The notes beneath the pieces were generated by a model, which searched no databases, was not told the origin of the DNA, and saw only the letters and a list, made by a program, of their open reading frames with translations. From an uncultured Rhodothermales bacterium (GTDB lineage Bacteria; Bacteroidota; Rhodothermia; Rhodothermales; JANQRZ01): a stretch of DNA of 48,377 nt. Both the position numbers and the translations under genes were made by a program. The stretch spans positions 1 through 48,377 of the forward strand of contig CAYTJT010000003.1 of the NCBI GenBank assembly GCA_964438105.1, read 5' to 3'. Of the stretch, positions 9,755 to 18,985 are shown one piece after another; position 1 is the stretch's first letter, and every line of letters begins with the position of its first letter.

Positions 9755-9790
9755 CTTGCACTTAATTGTTTTTTTTATAGTTTCTACTCC
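9755..9790 (+). promoter_or_regulatory. AT-rich island in the tssA-tssB gap, candidate promoter for tssBC-hcp
   Basis: gcacttaattgttttttttatagtttctac is the most AT-rich stretch in the structural cluster and lies about 100 nt upstream of the tssB ATG. No clean consensus box could be read. Confidence 0.25.
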
Positions 9791-9881
9791 CCGCCGGGCT
9801 CGCTGAAAGAGTGCCGCCGAAGCGACGCCGAGTCGCGGAGCCCATCCACTATTTAACGACCGCTTCAACGAGGACTGTCCC

Positions 9882-10406
9882 ATGGCTCAGAGCTTTCAAC
9901 GCGAAAAACCGCCCGCCCGCGTCAACCTATTTCTCGAGGTGGCCAAAGGCGATGCGCAGGAGAAGATCGAGCTCCCCATGCGCCTCATGATCCTCGGCGA
10001 TTACAAGGGGCGCCCCGACGACACCCCGCTCGCCGAGCGCGAGTTGATCAACCTCAACAAGGACAACTTCGAGCAGGTGCTGAAGTCGATGGACGCCAAG
10101 CTCGAGTACACCGTGCAGGACACGCTCAAGGGCGGCGACGAAGAGATGAAGGTCGAGATCGACATCGACTCGATGGACTCGTTCAACCCCGAGGAGGTGG
10201 CGAAGCAGGTGCCCCAACTCAACCGCATGCTCGCGATGCGGAACCTGCTGCAGGACCTCCGCAACCGCGTCGTCTCCGCCAACGACTTCCGCAAGCAGCT
10301 CGAGCAGATCGTCAAGGACGAGGGCGCGCTCGAGAAGCTCGCCGCCGAGCTCGACCAGTTCGTGCCGAAGGAGCAGGAAGGCTCCGGCGACGAAGAGGGA
10401 AGCTGA
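9882..10406 (+). CDS. tssB: T6SS sheath small subunit TssB (VipA)
   Basis: PARVNLFLEV...ELPMRLMILGDYKG...SMDSFNPEEVAKQVPQLNRMLAMRNLL matches the TssB/VipA pattern. 174 aa. Confidence 0.9.
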   Translation: MAQSFQREKPPARVNLFLEVAKGDAQEKIELPMRLMILGDYKGRPDDTPLAERELINLNKDNFEQVLKSMDAKLEYTVQDTLKGGDEEMKVEIDIDSMDSFNPEEVAKQVPQLNRMLAMRNLLQDLRNRVVSANDFRKQLEQIVKDEGALEKLAAELDQFVPKEQEGSGDEEGS

Positions 10407-10468
10407 CCGAGCGGCTACCGCTCACCTCCGCCCATCGACCCCGCCCACGCTAGACCCGAAGAACTACC

Positions 10469-12001
10469 ATGGCTGAAGCTCAACAAGAAGGCGCCGCCGC
10501 CGCAGCGGCTACCACCGAAGACAAGGGGAGCATCCTCGATTCCATCTTTGCGCAGGTCGCCGTAAGCGCTCCCGAAGGGCAGGTCAACGTCGGCGAGTTC
10601 GACGACGTGAACGCGAACGCGGACAAGCCGCGCGGGGCCGTCGTCGCCGCCGCGCTCCGCGTCTTCGTCGACGCCGTCCACGACCTCGAAGGGCCCGTCC
10701 AGAAGGTCGATAAGGAGCTCATCGACTCGATGGTGGCGCAGCTCGACCACAAGCTCTCGCAGCAGCTCGACGCCATCATGCACCACGACGCGTTCCAAGA
10801 GATGGAGTCCTCGTGGCGGAGCCTGAAGTTCCTGGTGGACCGGACGGACTTCCGGAAGAACGTCAAGATCGAGATGATCAACTGCTCGAAGGAGGACCTG
10901 TTGGAGTCCTTCGAGGACGCCCCCGAGCTCACGCAGTCGGCGCTCTACCGGCACATCTACACGAACGCCTACGACCAGCCGGGCGCCGACCCCTACAGCG
11001 CGATCGTCACGAACTACGAGTTCAAGAACACGGCGCAGGACATCGCGCTCATGCAGCAGGCCTCGAAGGTGGCCGCCGCGGCGCTCTGCCCGTTCGTGGC
11101 GTCCATCGGGCACGAGTTCTTCGGGAAGGAGTCGATGGCGGAGTTCAAGAAGATCCCCGACATCTCGGCTCACATGGAGACGGTGGACTTCGTGAAGTGG
11201 AACGCGTTCCGCGAGAGCCCCGACGCCCGCTACATGGCGCTGACGTTCCCGCGCTTCATGCTCCGCCTCCCCTACGGCGAGGACACCGTCCCGGTCAAGA
11301 ACTTCAACTACAACGAGGAGGTCACCGGCGAGGACCACGACAAATACCTCTGGGGGAACGCCTCGTTCGCCTTCGCCTCGAACATGGTGCAGGCCTACGT
11401 CCGCGACGGCTGGAGCGTGCAGATCCGCGGGCCGCAGTCGGGCGGCAAAGTCGCCGACCTCCCCGTCCACCTCTACGACGTGGGCAAGGGGAAGCAGATG
11501 AAGATCCCCACCGAGGTGCCGATCTCGGAGACGCTCGAGTTCGAGTGCTCGAACCTCGGCTTCGTCCCGCTCTCGATCTACGAGGGGCGCGACTTCGCCT
11601 GCTTCTTCTCGGCCAACACCGCGCAGTCGCCGACGATCTACGACGACCCCGAGGCGACGGCCAACAGCCGCATCAACGCGCGGCTGCCCTACGTCATGCT
11701 CGGCTCCCGCATCGCCCACTACCTCAAGGTGCTCCAGCGCGAGAACATCGGCGCGACGAAGGACGCCACGAAGATCGAGGCCGAGCTGAACAAGTGGCTC
11801 GGCGGGCTCGTCACGAAGATGCCGAACCCGAGCGAGTCGATGATCGCCAAGTATCCGCTGCGGAGCGGGCAGGTGAAGGTGCACGACCTCGACGACAACC
11901 CCGGCTTCTACCGCGTCGAGATGGCGATCATGCCGCACTTCCAGATCGAGGGGATGGACATCAACCTCTCGATGGTGAGCAAGATGCCGAAGGCGTCGTA
12001 A
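10469..12001 (+). CDS. tssC: T6SS sheath large subunit TssC (VipB)
   Basis: 510 aa. Motifs HHDAFQEMESSWRSLKFLVDR, LTFPRFMLRLPYG, GFVPLS and C-terminal FYRVEMAIMPHFQIEG are typical VipB/TssC. Confidence 0.95.
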   Translation: MAEAQQEGAAAAAATTEDKGSILDSIFAQVAVSAPEGQVNVGEFDDVNANADKPRGAVVAAALRVFVDAVHDLEGPVQKVDKELIDSMVAQLDHKLSQQLDAIMHHDAFQEMESSWRSLKFLVDRTDFRKNVKIEMINCSKEDLLESFEDAPELTQSALYRHIYTNAYDQPGADPYSAIVTNYEFKNTAQDIALMQQASKVAAAALCPFVASIGHEFFGKESMAEFKKIPDISAHMETVDFVKWNAFRESPDARYMALTFPRFMLRLPYGEDTVPVKNFNYNEEVTGEDHDKYLWGNASFAFASNMVQAYVRDGWSVQIRGPQSGGKVADLPVHLYDVGKGKQMKIPTEVPISETLEFECSNLGFVPLSIYEGRDFACFFSANTAQSPTIYDDPEATANSRINARLPYVMLGSRIAHYLKVLQRENIGATKDATKIEAELNKWLGGLVTKMPNPSESMIAKYPLRSGQVKVHDLDDNPGFYRVEMAIMPHFQIEGMDINLSMVSKMPKAS

Positions 12002-12151
12002 CGAGCACTGGCTGAGGGATGGATGTCTCTATTTTTTCGTGGGATGCTATGTCCCTCGTAGGGCGTCCCGTCCGTTTACATAATCGACACCCGAAGCTAC
12101 TCGCCAGCCCGGCCGGTCGGCTTCACCCGCGACCCACAACCAACCCCATCA

Positions 12152-12157
12152 AGGAGG
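12152..12157 (+). promoter_or_regulatory. Strong Shine-Dalgarno (AGGAGG) 7 nt upstream of the hcp ATG
   Basis: caAGGAGGtccaactATG read directly. In the other upstream regions I read closely (tssC, vgrG, tssK) I saw no comparable SD; I did not inspect all genes. Confidence 0.45.
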
Positions 12158-12164
12158 TCCAACT

Positions 12165-12635
12165 ATGGCTTTAGAAGCCGCACTTTACTACTCGGACGGA
12201 ATCGTCGGCGCCAACACGAAAGGGGGGCGAGAGGGCACCTCGGCCGTCTACGAGTTCACCCACCAGGTGTACTCGCCCCTCGACAAGCAGATGGGCGTGG
12301 TGAGCGGCGCGCGCGTCCACGGGGCCGTCGAGGTCATCAAGGAGATCGACACGGCGTCGGCGAACATGTACAAGGCGTGCTGCACGGGGGAGACCCTCGA
12401 CGAGCTCAAGGTCGAGTGGTACCGCATCGTCGACGGGGCGGAGACCCTCTACTTCACGCACACCCTGACGAACGTGAAGGTGGCCGCCGTCGAGCAGATC
12501 CTCCCGAACACGAAGGACCCCTCGAAGGAGCAGTACCGTCACCTCGAGCGCCTCCAGCTCCTCTACGAGAAGATCAACTGGAAGCACGAGGAGGGCTACG
12601 AGTTCGAAGACGCGTGGTCGGAAGTTGCCGCCTAA
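12165..12635 (+). CDS. hcp: T6SS inner tube protein Hcp (TssD)
   Basis: 156 aa. The pattern HGAVEVIKEIDTASANMYKACCTGETLDELKVEWYR resembles the Hcp1 family. Located between tssC and tssE. Confidence 0.85.
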   Translation: MALEAALYYSDGIVGANTKGGREGTSAVYEFTHQVYSPLDKQMGVVSGARVHGAVEVIKEIDTASANMYKACCTGETLDELKVEWYRIVDGAETLYFTHTLTNVKVAAVEQILPNTKDPSKEQYRHLERLQLLYEKINWKHEEGYEFEDAWSEVAA

Positions 12636-12741
12636 CGAGCCCCGCGCACGATCGGAAGCCGCCCCGTCCCTGGCCGTCGCTCGGCCGAGAGGGCCGGGCG
12701 GCTTCCGCGCTCTACCCTGGTGAGCCAACGACACCCTGCAG

Positions 12742-13161
12742 ATGGAGGCGAGCATTTACGACGTACTGCGGGGGACCTTCGGCGACGGGCGTCGGCTCGA
12801 GAGCGTCAGCCGGAGCACGTGGCGCGAGCGGAGCATCCTCTCCAACCTCGACCGGCTGATGAACACGCGGCAGGGGGCGCTCTCGCACCTCCCCGACTAC
12901 GGCGTACCCGATCTCTCCGACGTGTACCGCGACATGCCGGGCTCGATCGCCGAGCTCCAGCAGTCCATCGCGAACGCCGTCGAGACGTACGAGCCTCGGC
13001 TGCGGCACGTCCGCGCCGAGCATCAGGAGACCGACCAGTACGCCATGCAGCTCGTGTTCCTGCTAACGGCCAAAACGTTGGATGGAGATCGGGTCCGATT
13101 CCGGACCGTTTTCTCCTCGGACGAGGAGGCGCGCGTCGCCCCTTTCCAGGCGAGAGAGTGA
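12742..13161 (+). CDS. tssE: T6SS baseplate wedge protein TssE (gp25-like)
   Basis: SILSNLDRLMNTRQGALSHLPDYGVPDLSD is the typical gp25/TssE signature. 139 aa. Confidence 0.85.
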   Translation: MEASIYDVLRGTFGDGRRLESVSRSTWRERSILSNLDRLMNTRQGALSHLPDYGVPDLSDVYRDMPGSIAELQQSIANAVETYEPRLRHVRAEHQETDQYAMQLVFLLTAKTLDGDRVRFRTVFSSDEEARVAPFQARE

Positions 13162-13259
13162 AGCCTCGACGCACGGTTACGTTGGAGTAGAGAGGGGGCA
13201 CACAGAGAGCAGAAGACGTAGGGCAGTGACCGAGACGAACGACACTACACGCAGCCGGG

Positions 13260-15041
13260 ATGAGCCAACGCCGCTACTACGATGAGGAGATGCGCTACCT
13301 GCACGAGGCGGGTAAAGCCTTCGCGCGGCTACACCCCGAGCAGGCGCGCTACCTCAACATCGACAGTGTCACCGACCGGGACCCCTACGTAGAGCGACTG
13401 TTCGAGGGGTTCGCGCTCCTCACCGGCCGCATCCGAGAACAGCTCGACGACGAACTCCCGCAGTACACCGAGGCGCTGTGCGAGCTCCTCTTCCCGCACT
13501 TCCTCCGCCCGATCCCGTCGCTCTCGATGGTTGCTTTTCGAGGGCAGGGCCGGCTCCGCGAAACGACGCGGCTGCCGCGGGGCACCGAGGTACGGTCCGC
13601 CGCAGTAGGGGAGGACGGGGTCGCCTGCCGGTTCGTGACGACGCAGGACGTCGTGCTGCAGCCGCTTCACCTCGACGACGTCGAGCTCACGTGGGCCCCG
13701 GACGGCACGTCGAGCGCGACGATCGCGCTCGGCATCGGAGCCGGCGTCAGCCTCGCGGACCTCGACCTCCGCGCGCTCCGGCTCTACTTCCACGCCGAGG
13801 CGGCGACGGCGGCGGCCATGCACTACTTCTTTACGCGCCGCGTCCGCGAGGTCACCGTCGCGAGCGGGCTCCCCGGCGGGCTCGGCGAAGCCCTGAGCTC
13901 CTTCGGGCTCGACGAGACGCTCACCCTGCGGGGGCAAGAGTGGGTACGCCCCGGCGGGCTCGGTGCCAACGAGGCGCTCCTCCCGCACTCCAAACGCTCG
14001 TTCTCCGGGCTCCGGCTCGTGCAGGAGATGCTGTGCTTCCGCCCGAAGTTCTGGTGCGTCGACCTCCTCGGCCTCGACCGGTTCCGCCCGGAGACGGACC
14101 ACGGCGCGCTCCGCATCACCGTCCGCTTCGACCGAGCGTATCCGCAGCCGCAGCGGTTTGGGAAAGAGCAGGTCCGGTTGTTCACGAGCCCCGCGATCAA
14201 CCTGTTCGAGATGGACGGTGAGCCCATCCGCGTGGACCACCGGAGCGCGGAGCACCGGGTCGTGCCCGACGCGAAGCACCGGGCGGGCGTGGAGGTGTAC
14301 GCGGTCGAGTCGGTGGTGGGGATCGAAGAGGTGACCGGCCGGCGGCACCCGTACGGCTCGCTCCTCTCGCCCGAGCGCGCCGGCGGCGGGCGGACCTACA
14401 CGGCGTCGTCGCGGCTCGGCCTCACGGATCGGTACGAGACGACGCTCACGCTCCAGGGGGTTGCGCCGTCCGAGGGGCGGCTCCCCGTCGAGACGCTCTC
14501 GCTCGAGCTCCGCTGCACGAACGGCACGGTCCCGCGCGAGTACCTCCGCGAGCGCTCGTTGACAGACCTCGCGTCGAAGGGGGTGCGCGGCGTCGAGGTG
14601 GAGAACTTCACGCAGCCGACCCTCATCCGCTACCCCCCGACCGATCGGCATGCGGACTTCTACTGGATGCTGCTCTCGCACTGGTCGCTCAACTACCGCT
14701 CGGCGGCCACAGCCGGGGCGCTCACCGGGGTGCTCGGTCTCTACGATTGGACCGACGCCGAGGTCAACAAGCGGCACATCGAAGGCATCCGCGAGGTGCG
14801 GTGGGCACCGAAGGAGCGGGTCCACCGGGGGGCCGTGCTGCGCGGCAGCGAGGTGACGGTCGAACTCGACGAGGCGCGCTTCGTCGACGTGGGGGAGGCC
14901 GCGCTGCTCGGCCTCGTGCTCAGCCGGTTCTTCTCCACGTACGCCACGCTCAACTCGTTCGTCCAACTCACGGTCGTCCTGCAACCGTCCGGCGAGCGGA
15001 TGACGTGGGAGCCCGGCAGCGGCGAGCAACCGGTGCTATGA
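13260..15041 (+). CDS. tssF: T6SS baseplate protein TssF
   Basis: N-terminus YYDEEMRYLHEAGKAFARLHPEQARYL is typical TssF/ImpG. 593 aa. Confidence 0.9.
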   Translation: MSQRRYYDEEMRYLHEAGKAFARLHPEQARYLNIDSVTDRDPYVERLFEGFALLTGRIREQLDDELPQYTEALCELLFPHFLRPIPSLSMVAFRGQGRLRETTRLPRGTEVRSAAVGEDGVACRFVTTQDVVLQPLHLDDVELTWAPDGTSSATIALGIGAGVSLADLDLRALRLYFHAEAATAAAMHYFFTRRVREVTVASGLPGGLGEALSSFGLDETLTLRGQEWVRPGGLGANEALLPHSKRSFSGLRLVQEMLCFRPKFWCVDLLGLDRFRPETDHGALRITVRFDRAYPQPQRFGKEQVRLFTSPAINLFEMDGEPIRVDHRSAEHRVVPDAKHRAGVEVYAVESVVGIEEVTGRRHPYGSLLSPERAGGGRTYTASSRLGLTDRYETTLTLQGVAPSEGRLPVETLSLELRCTNGTVPREYLRERSLTDLASKGVRGVEVENFTQPTLIRYPPTDRHADFYWMLLSHWSLNYRSAATAGALTGVLGLYDWTDAEVNKRHIEGIREVRWAPKERVHRGAVLRGSEVTVELDEARFVDVGEAALLGLVLSRFFSTYATLNSFVQLTVVLQPSGERMTWEPGSGEQPVL

Positions 15042-16090
15042 CGGACTACGTCTCTCATCTCGCCGAGCACGAAGCGCCGCGCGCGGAGGCGAGCGCCGCA
15101 CCGGAAATCACGCCGCCCGAGCGCGGCATCTACGCCGAACTGTTCGCCCGGGGCTATCGCTTCGATTTCTTCCAGGCCGTGCGCCTACTGGAAGCGTATT
15201 TCCCCGACGCGCCCCCGCCCGGCACGAGCGCTGACTTAGCGGCCGAGCGTGTCCGTTTTCGCCCGGACCCGGCGACGGTCTTCCCCTCCGGAGACGTCCG
15301 CTCCGTCACCTTGGACGAGGAGGGGGCTGAGGTGAAGGCCACGTTTATGGGGCTCTACGGCGTCGCGTCGCCCCTCCCCGTGTACCTCTACGAGGACCTC
15401 GCGACGGAGGCCGAGGACACACTCCCGCTCCGGCATTTCCTCGACATGTTCAACCACCGCCTCTACAGCTACTTCTACCGTGCGTGGAAGAAGTACCGCC
15501 CGAGCAGCCCGGAGGACCCCGCCCGCGACGACAGCACGGCGCGCTTCCTCGCCATCGCCGGGCTCGGGACGCCGGGAGCGCTCGCCGATGCGCCGGTATC
15601 CGTCGACCGTCTCGCCGGGTTCGCGGGGCTGCTCAACCGCCGCGTCCGCAACGCCGAAGGGCTGCACTCGCTGCTGTCCGCCTTCACCGATGGGCTAGCG
15701 GTCGAGGTCGTCGAGAACGTCGTCCGACGCGTCCGGGTGACCGAGCGGCCGTGTCTCGGGCGCGGGGCGCCGTCCGCCACGCTCGGCGGCTCGGCCCTCC
15801 TCGGGGCCACCGTGCTCGACGCAGGCGGCAAGTTCCGCGTCGTCCTCGGGCCGATGGGGCTCGACGACTTCGAGTCCTACCTCCCCGGCGGGGAGAAAGC
15901 CGACGCGATCGGCTACCTCGTCCGCCTCTACACCCCCGACTTCCTCGACTTCGACGTGCTCCTCCGGCTCAAGACCGAGGACCGCCCGGCGCTCCGCCTC
16001 GGCGACCGGGGCGCGCGGCTCGGGGAGAACACGTGGGTCGGCCGCCCTCCCGAAACCGTCGTCACCGAACGCATCGTCACGTACGCCTAA
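15038..16090 (+). CDS. tssG: T6SS baseplate protein TssG
   Basis: Start is an internal ATG of track ORF 14747..16090 and overlaps the tssF stop as ATGA (translational coupling). YRFDFFQAVRLLE motif is typical of TssG/ImpH. Confidence 0.85.
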   Translation: MTDYVSHLAEHEAPRAEASAAPEITPPERGIYAELFARGYRFDFFQAVRLLEAYFPDAPPPGTSADLAAERVRFRPDPATVFPSGDVRSVTLDEEGAEVKATFMGLYGVASPLPVYLYEDLATEAEDTLPLRHFLDMFNHRLYSYFYRAWKKYRPSSPEDPARDDSTARFLAIAGLGTPGALADAPVSVDRLAGFAGLLNRRVRNAEGLHSLLSAFTDGLAVEVVENVVRRVRVTERPCLGRGAPSATLGGSALLGATVLDAGGKFRVVLGPMGLDDFESYLPGGEKADAIGYLVRLYTPDFLDFDVLLRLKTEDRPALRLGDRGARLGENTWVGRPPETVVTERIVTYA

Positions 16091-16102
16091 ATCCCTACCG
16101 CC

Positions 16103-18916
16103 ATGATCTCGAAAGACCTGAAGAAGCTCCTCCAGAAGCTCAACGGCACCATGACGCGCGCGCTCGAAGCGGCGGCCGGCTTCAGCATCGCCCGCGGGCA
16201 CTACGAGGTCACGACGGAGCACCTCCTCGCCAAGCTGCTCGAAGCCGGCGACGGCGACCTCCCCCGCATCCTCGACCGCTTCGACGTCGACAACGGGAAG
16301 GTGTGGGAAGCCCTCATGAACCGGCTCGAAGGGTTCAAGACGGGCAACACCGGGCGCCCGGCGTTCTCGCCCCTCATGCTCGACCTCGTCGAGAGGGCGT
16401 GGGTGGCGGGCTCGGTCCACCACGGCGCGACGGAACTCCGCTCGGGCTTCCTGCTCGAAGCGCTCCTCGAGGCCGAGGGGCTGCGGATGAGCGAGGTGCT
16501 CGACGCGCTCCAGCCTGTCAAGACCGAGGCGCTGCGCGAGGACTTCTACGAGATCGTCGCCGGCTCCGCCGAGAACCAGGCGTCCCGCCGCGCGGGCGGG
16601 CCGCGGGCCTCGGGCGCGCCGCCGCGCGAGGGCGAGACCGCGCTCGACCTCTACACCGAGAACATCACGCAGAAGGCGCGCGACGGCGGGATCGACCCCG
16701 TGTTCGCGCGCGACACCGAGATCCGGCAGATGATCGACGTGCTCAGCCGGCGGCGGAAGAACAACCCGATCCTCGTCGGCGAGGCCGGCGTCGGGAAGTC
16801 GGCGGTGCTCGAAGGGTTCGCGCTCCGCCTCGCCGAGGGCGACGTGCCGGACAGCCTCAAAGAGGTCGAGATCGTCGCCCTCGACCTCGGGCTGCTCCAG
16901 GCCGGCGCCGGGGTGAAGGGCGAGTTCGAGAACCGGCTGAAGTCGGTGATCCAGGAGGTCAAAGAGGCGGCGAAGCCGACGATCCTCTTCATCGACGAGG
17001 CGCACACGCTCATCGGCGCGGGCGGCGCCGCGGGCACGGCCGACGCCGCGAACCTCCTCAAGCCCGCGCTCGCGCGCGGCGAGCTCCGCACGGTCGCCGC
17101 GACGACGTGGAGCGAGTACAAAAAGTACATCGAGAAGGACCCCGCGCTCGAGCGCCGCTTCCAGATGATCAAGGTCGACGAGCCCTCCGTCGACGACGCG
17201 GCGATCATGATGCGCGGCATCAAGGCGAAGTACGAGGACCACCACGACGTGCAGATCACCGACGCCGCCGCCCACGCCGCCGCCTCGCTCTCCGAGCGCT
17301 ACATCACCGGCCGCCACCTCCCCGACAAGGCCGTCGACCTGATGGACACGGCCTCGGCGCGCGTCAAGATGAGCCAGTCCTCGAAGCCCGGCGCCGTCGA
17401 CGACGTCGAGCGCCGCCTGCTCAACCTCGCCATCACCGCCACCGCGCTCCAGCGCGACCTCGAGACCGGCCTCAACGACGACCAGGACACGCTCGACGCG
17501 CTCGAGATCGAACGCGGCGACCTCGTCGCCGCGCGCGACGCCCTCCTCGAACGGTGGGAAAAAGAGCGCGACCTCGTCAAGCAGATCGAAGGCGTCCGCC
17601 GCCGGATCATGGAGAACGTCGGCGGCGACGGCGCCCCGGCCGACCACGGCGACCTCCGCGACGACCTCAACCGGCTGAAAGACGAGCTCGCCGAGATGCA
17701 GAAGGACGACGCGCTCGTGCACGCCGTCGTCAACGAGCACGTCGTCGCGCAGATCATCGCCGACTGGACGGGCATCCCCGTGGGCAACATGGAGCAGGAC
17801 GAGGCGCAGATGCTCCTCGACCTCGAAGACCGCCTCCGCACCAACATCAAGGGCCAGAACGAAGCGCTCGACCAGATCGCCGACTCGATCCGCACGGCCA
17901 AGGCGGGCATGGGCAACCCCGACGCGCCGATCGCCGTGTTCCTCCTCGTGGGCCCGAGCGGGACGGGGAAGACCGAGACGGCGAAGCAGCTAGCCGAGCT
18001 GATGTTCGGCGGCGAGCGCTTCCTCATCACCATCAACATGAGCGAGTACCAGGAGGCCCACACCGTCTCCTCGCTCAAGGGCTCGCCGCCCGGCTACGTC
18101 GGCTACGGCGAGGGCGGCGTGCTCACCGAGGCCGTCCGCCAGCGGCCGTACTCCGTCGTCCTCCTCGACGAGACGGAGAAGGCGCACCTCGACGTCATGG
18201 AGCTGTTCTACCAGGTGCTCGACAGCGGCTTCATGCGCGACGGCGAGGGCCGCGAGATCAACTTCAAGAACACCATCATCCTGATGACCTCCAACATCGG
18301 GAGCGAGACCGTCGTCGAGCTCGCGGCGCAGAAGGAGCGGCCCGACGCCGACACGCTCCGCGCGGCGATCCACCCCCAACTCGTCGGGCACTTCCAGGCC
18401 GCGCTCCTCGCGCGGATGAAAGTCGTCCCGTTCTTCCCGCTCGATAAGGAAGCGATCTCGAAGATCACCCGGCTCAAGCTGGACAAGATCGGCCGGCGGC
18501 TCCGCGCCACGCACGGGATGGCCTTCGCCTACGGCGACGAGGTCGTCGACCGCATCGCCGAGCGCTGCACGCAGGTGGACAGCGGCGCCCGCAACATCGA
18601 CTTCATCATCGACCGAACGCTGCTCCCCGAGGCCTCGCGCGCGCTCCTCGCGCAGATGGCCGACGAGCAGGTGCCCGCCCGCCTCGAACTCGGCATCACC
18701 GAGCGCGGCGACTTCACCTACACCTTCGACGGCGTCCGCTACGGCGGCGACGGCGACGGCTCAGAAGAGGAGCCGGAGGGCGACGGGCCGGAGGCCGCGA
18801 TCGCGGAAGACCTCGTGCCGGACGGCGAGGCCGACGCCGCCGTATCGCCCTCGGCGGGCGACGGCGAGGTCGGGGAGGCCGGCGAGCCGGAGCGCCCCGA
18901 GGCCCCCGCCGAATAG
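16103..18916 (+). CDS. clpV: T6SS AAA+ sheath-recycling ATPase ClpV (TssH)
   Basis: Clp N-domain. Two AAA modules: Walker A GEAGVGKSA with Walker B ILFIDEAH, and GPSGTGKTE with VVLLDETEKAH. 937 aa. About 70 aa of acidic low-complexity C-terminal tail. Confidence 0.95.
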   Translation: MISKDLKKLLQKLNGTMTRALEAAAGFSIARGHYEVTTEHLLAKLLEAGDGDLPRILDRFDVDNGKVWEALMNRLEGFKTGNTGRPAFSPLMLDLVERAWVAGSVHHGATELRSGFLLEALLEAEGLRMSEVLDALQPVKTEALREDFYEIVAGSAENQASRRAGGPRASGAPPREGETALDLYTENITQKARDGGIDPVFARDTEIRQMIDVLSRRRKNNPILVGEAGVGKSAVLEGFALRLAEGDVPDSLKEVEIVALDLGLLQAGAGVKGEFENRLKSVIQEVKEAAKPTILFIDEAHTLIGAGGAAGTADAANLLKPALARGELRTVAATTWSEYKKYIEKDPALERRFQMIKVDEPSVDDAAIMMRGIKAKYEDHHDVQITDAAAHAAASLSERYITGRHLPDKAVDLMDTASARVKMSQSSKPGAVDDVERRLLNLAITATALQRDLETGLNDDQDTLDALEIERGDLVAARDALLERWEKERDLVKQIEGVRRRIMENVGGDGAPADHGDLRDDLNRLKDELAEMQKDDALVHAVVNEHVVAQIIADWTGIPVGNMEQDEAQMLLDLEDRLRTNIKGQNEALDQIADSIRTAKAGMGNPDAPIAVFLLVGPSGTGKTETAKQLAELMFGGERFLITINMSEYQEAHTVSSLKGSPPGYVGYGEGGVLTEAVRQRPYSVVLLDETEKAHLDVMELFYQVLDSGFMRDGEGREINFKNTIILMTSNIGSETVVELAAQKERPDADTLRAAIHPQLVGHFQAALLARMKVVPFFPLDKEAISKITRLKLDKIGRRLRATHGMAFAYGDEVVDRIAERCTQVDSGARNIDFIIDRTLLPEASRALLAQMADEQVPARLELGITERGDFTYTFDGVRYGGDGDGSEEEPEGDGPEAAIAEDLVPDGEADAAVSPSAGDGEVGEAGEPERPEAPAE

Positions 18917-18985
18917 CCCGGCCGACAACCGACTCCCTCTGCGACAGCTGCCCCTGATTCCTTAGACCGCGCGGTCCCTACTCCC

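Noticed and set aside
9733-9881. Looked for a sigma-54 promoter (TGGCAC-N5-TTGC), common upstream of T6SS sheath operons.
   Set aside because: The sequence reads ttgcgcttgcactt, with no GG/GC pair at the proper 10-nt spacing. It is reported only as an AT-rich candidate promoter region.
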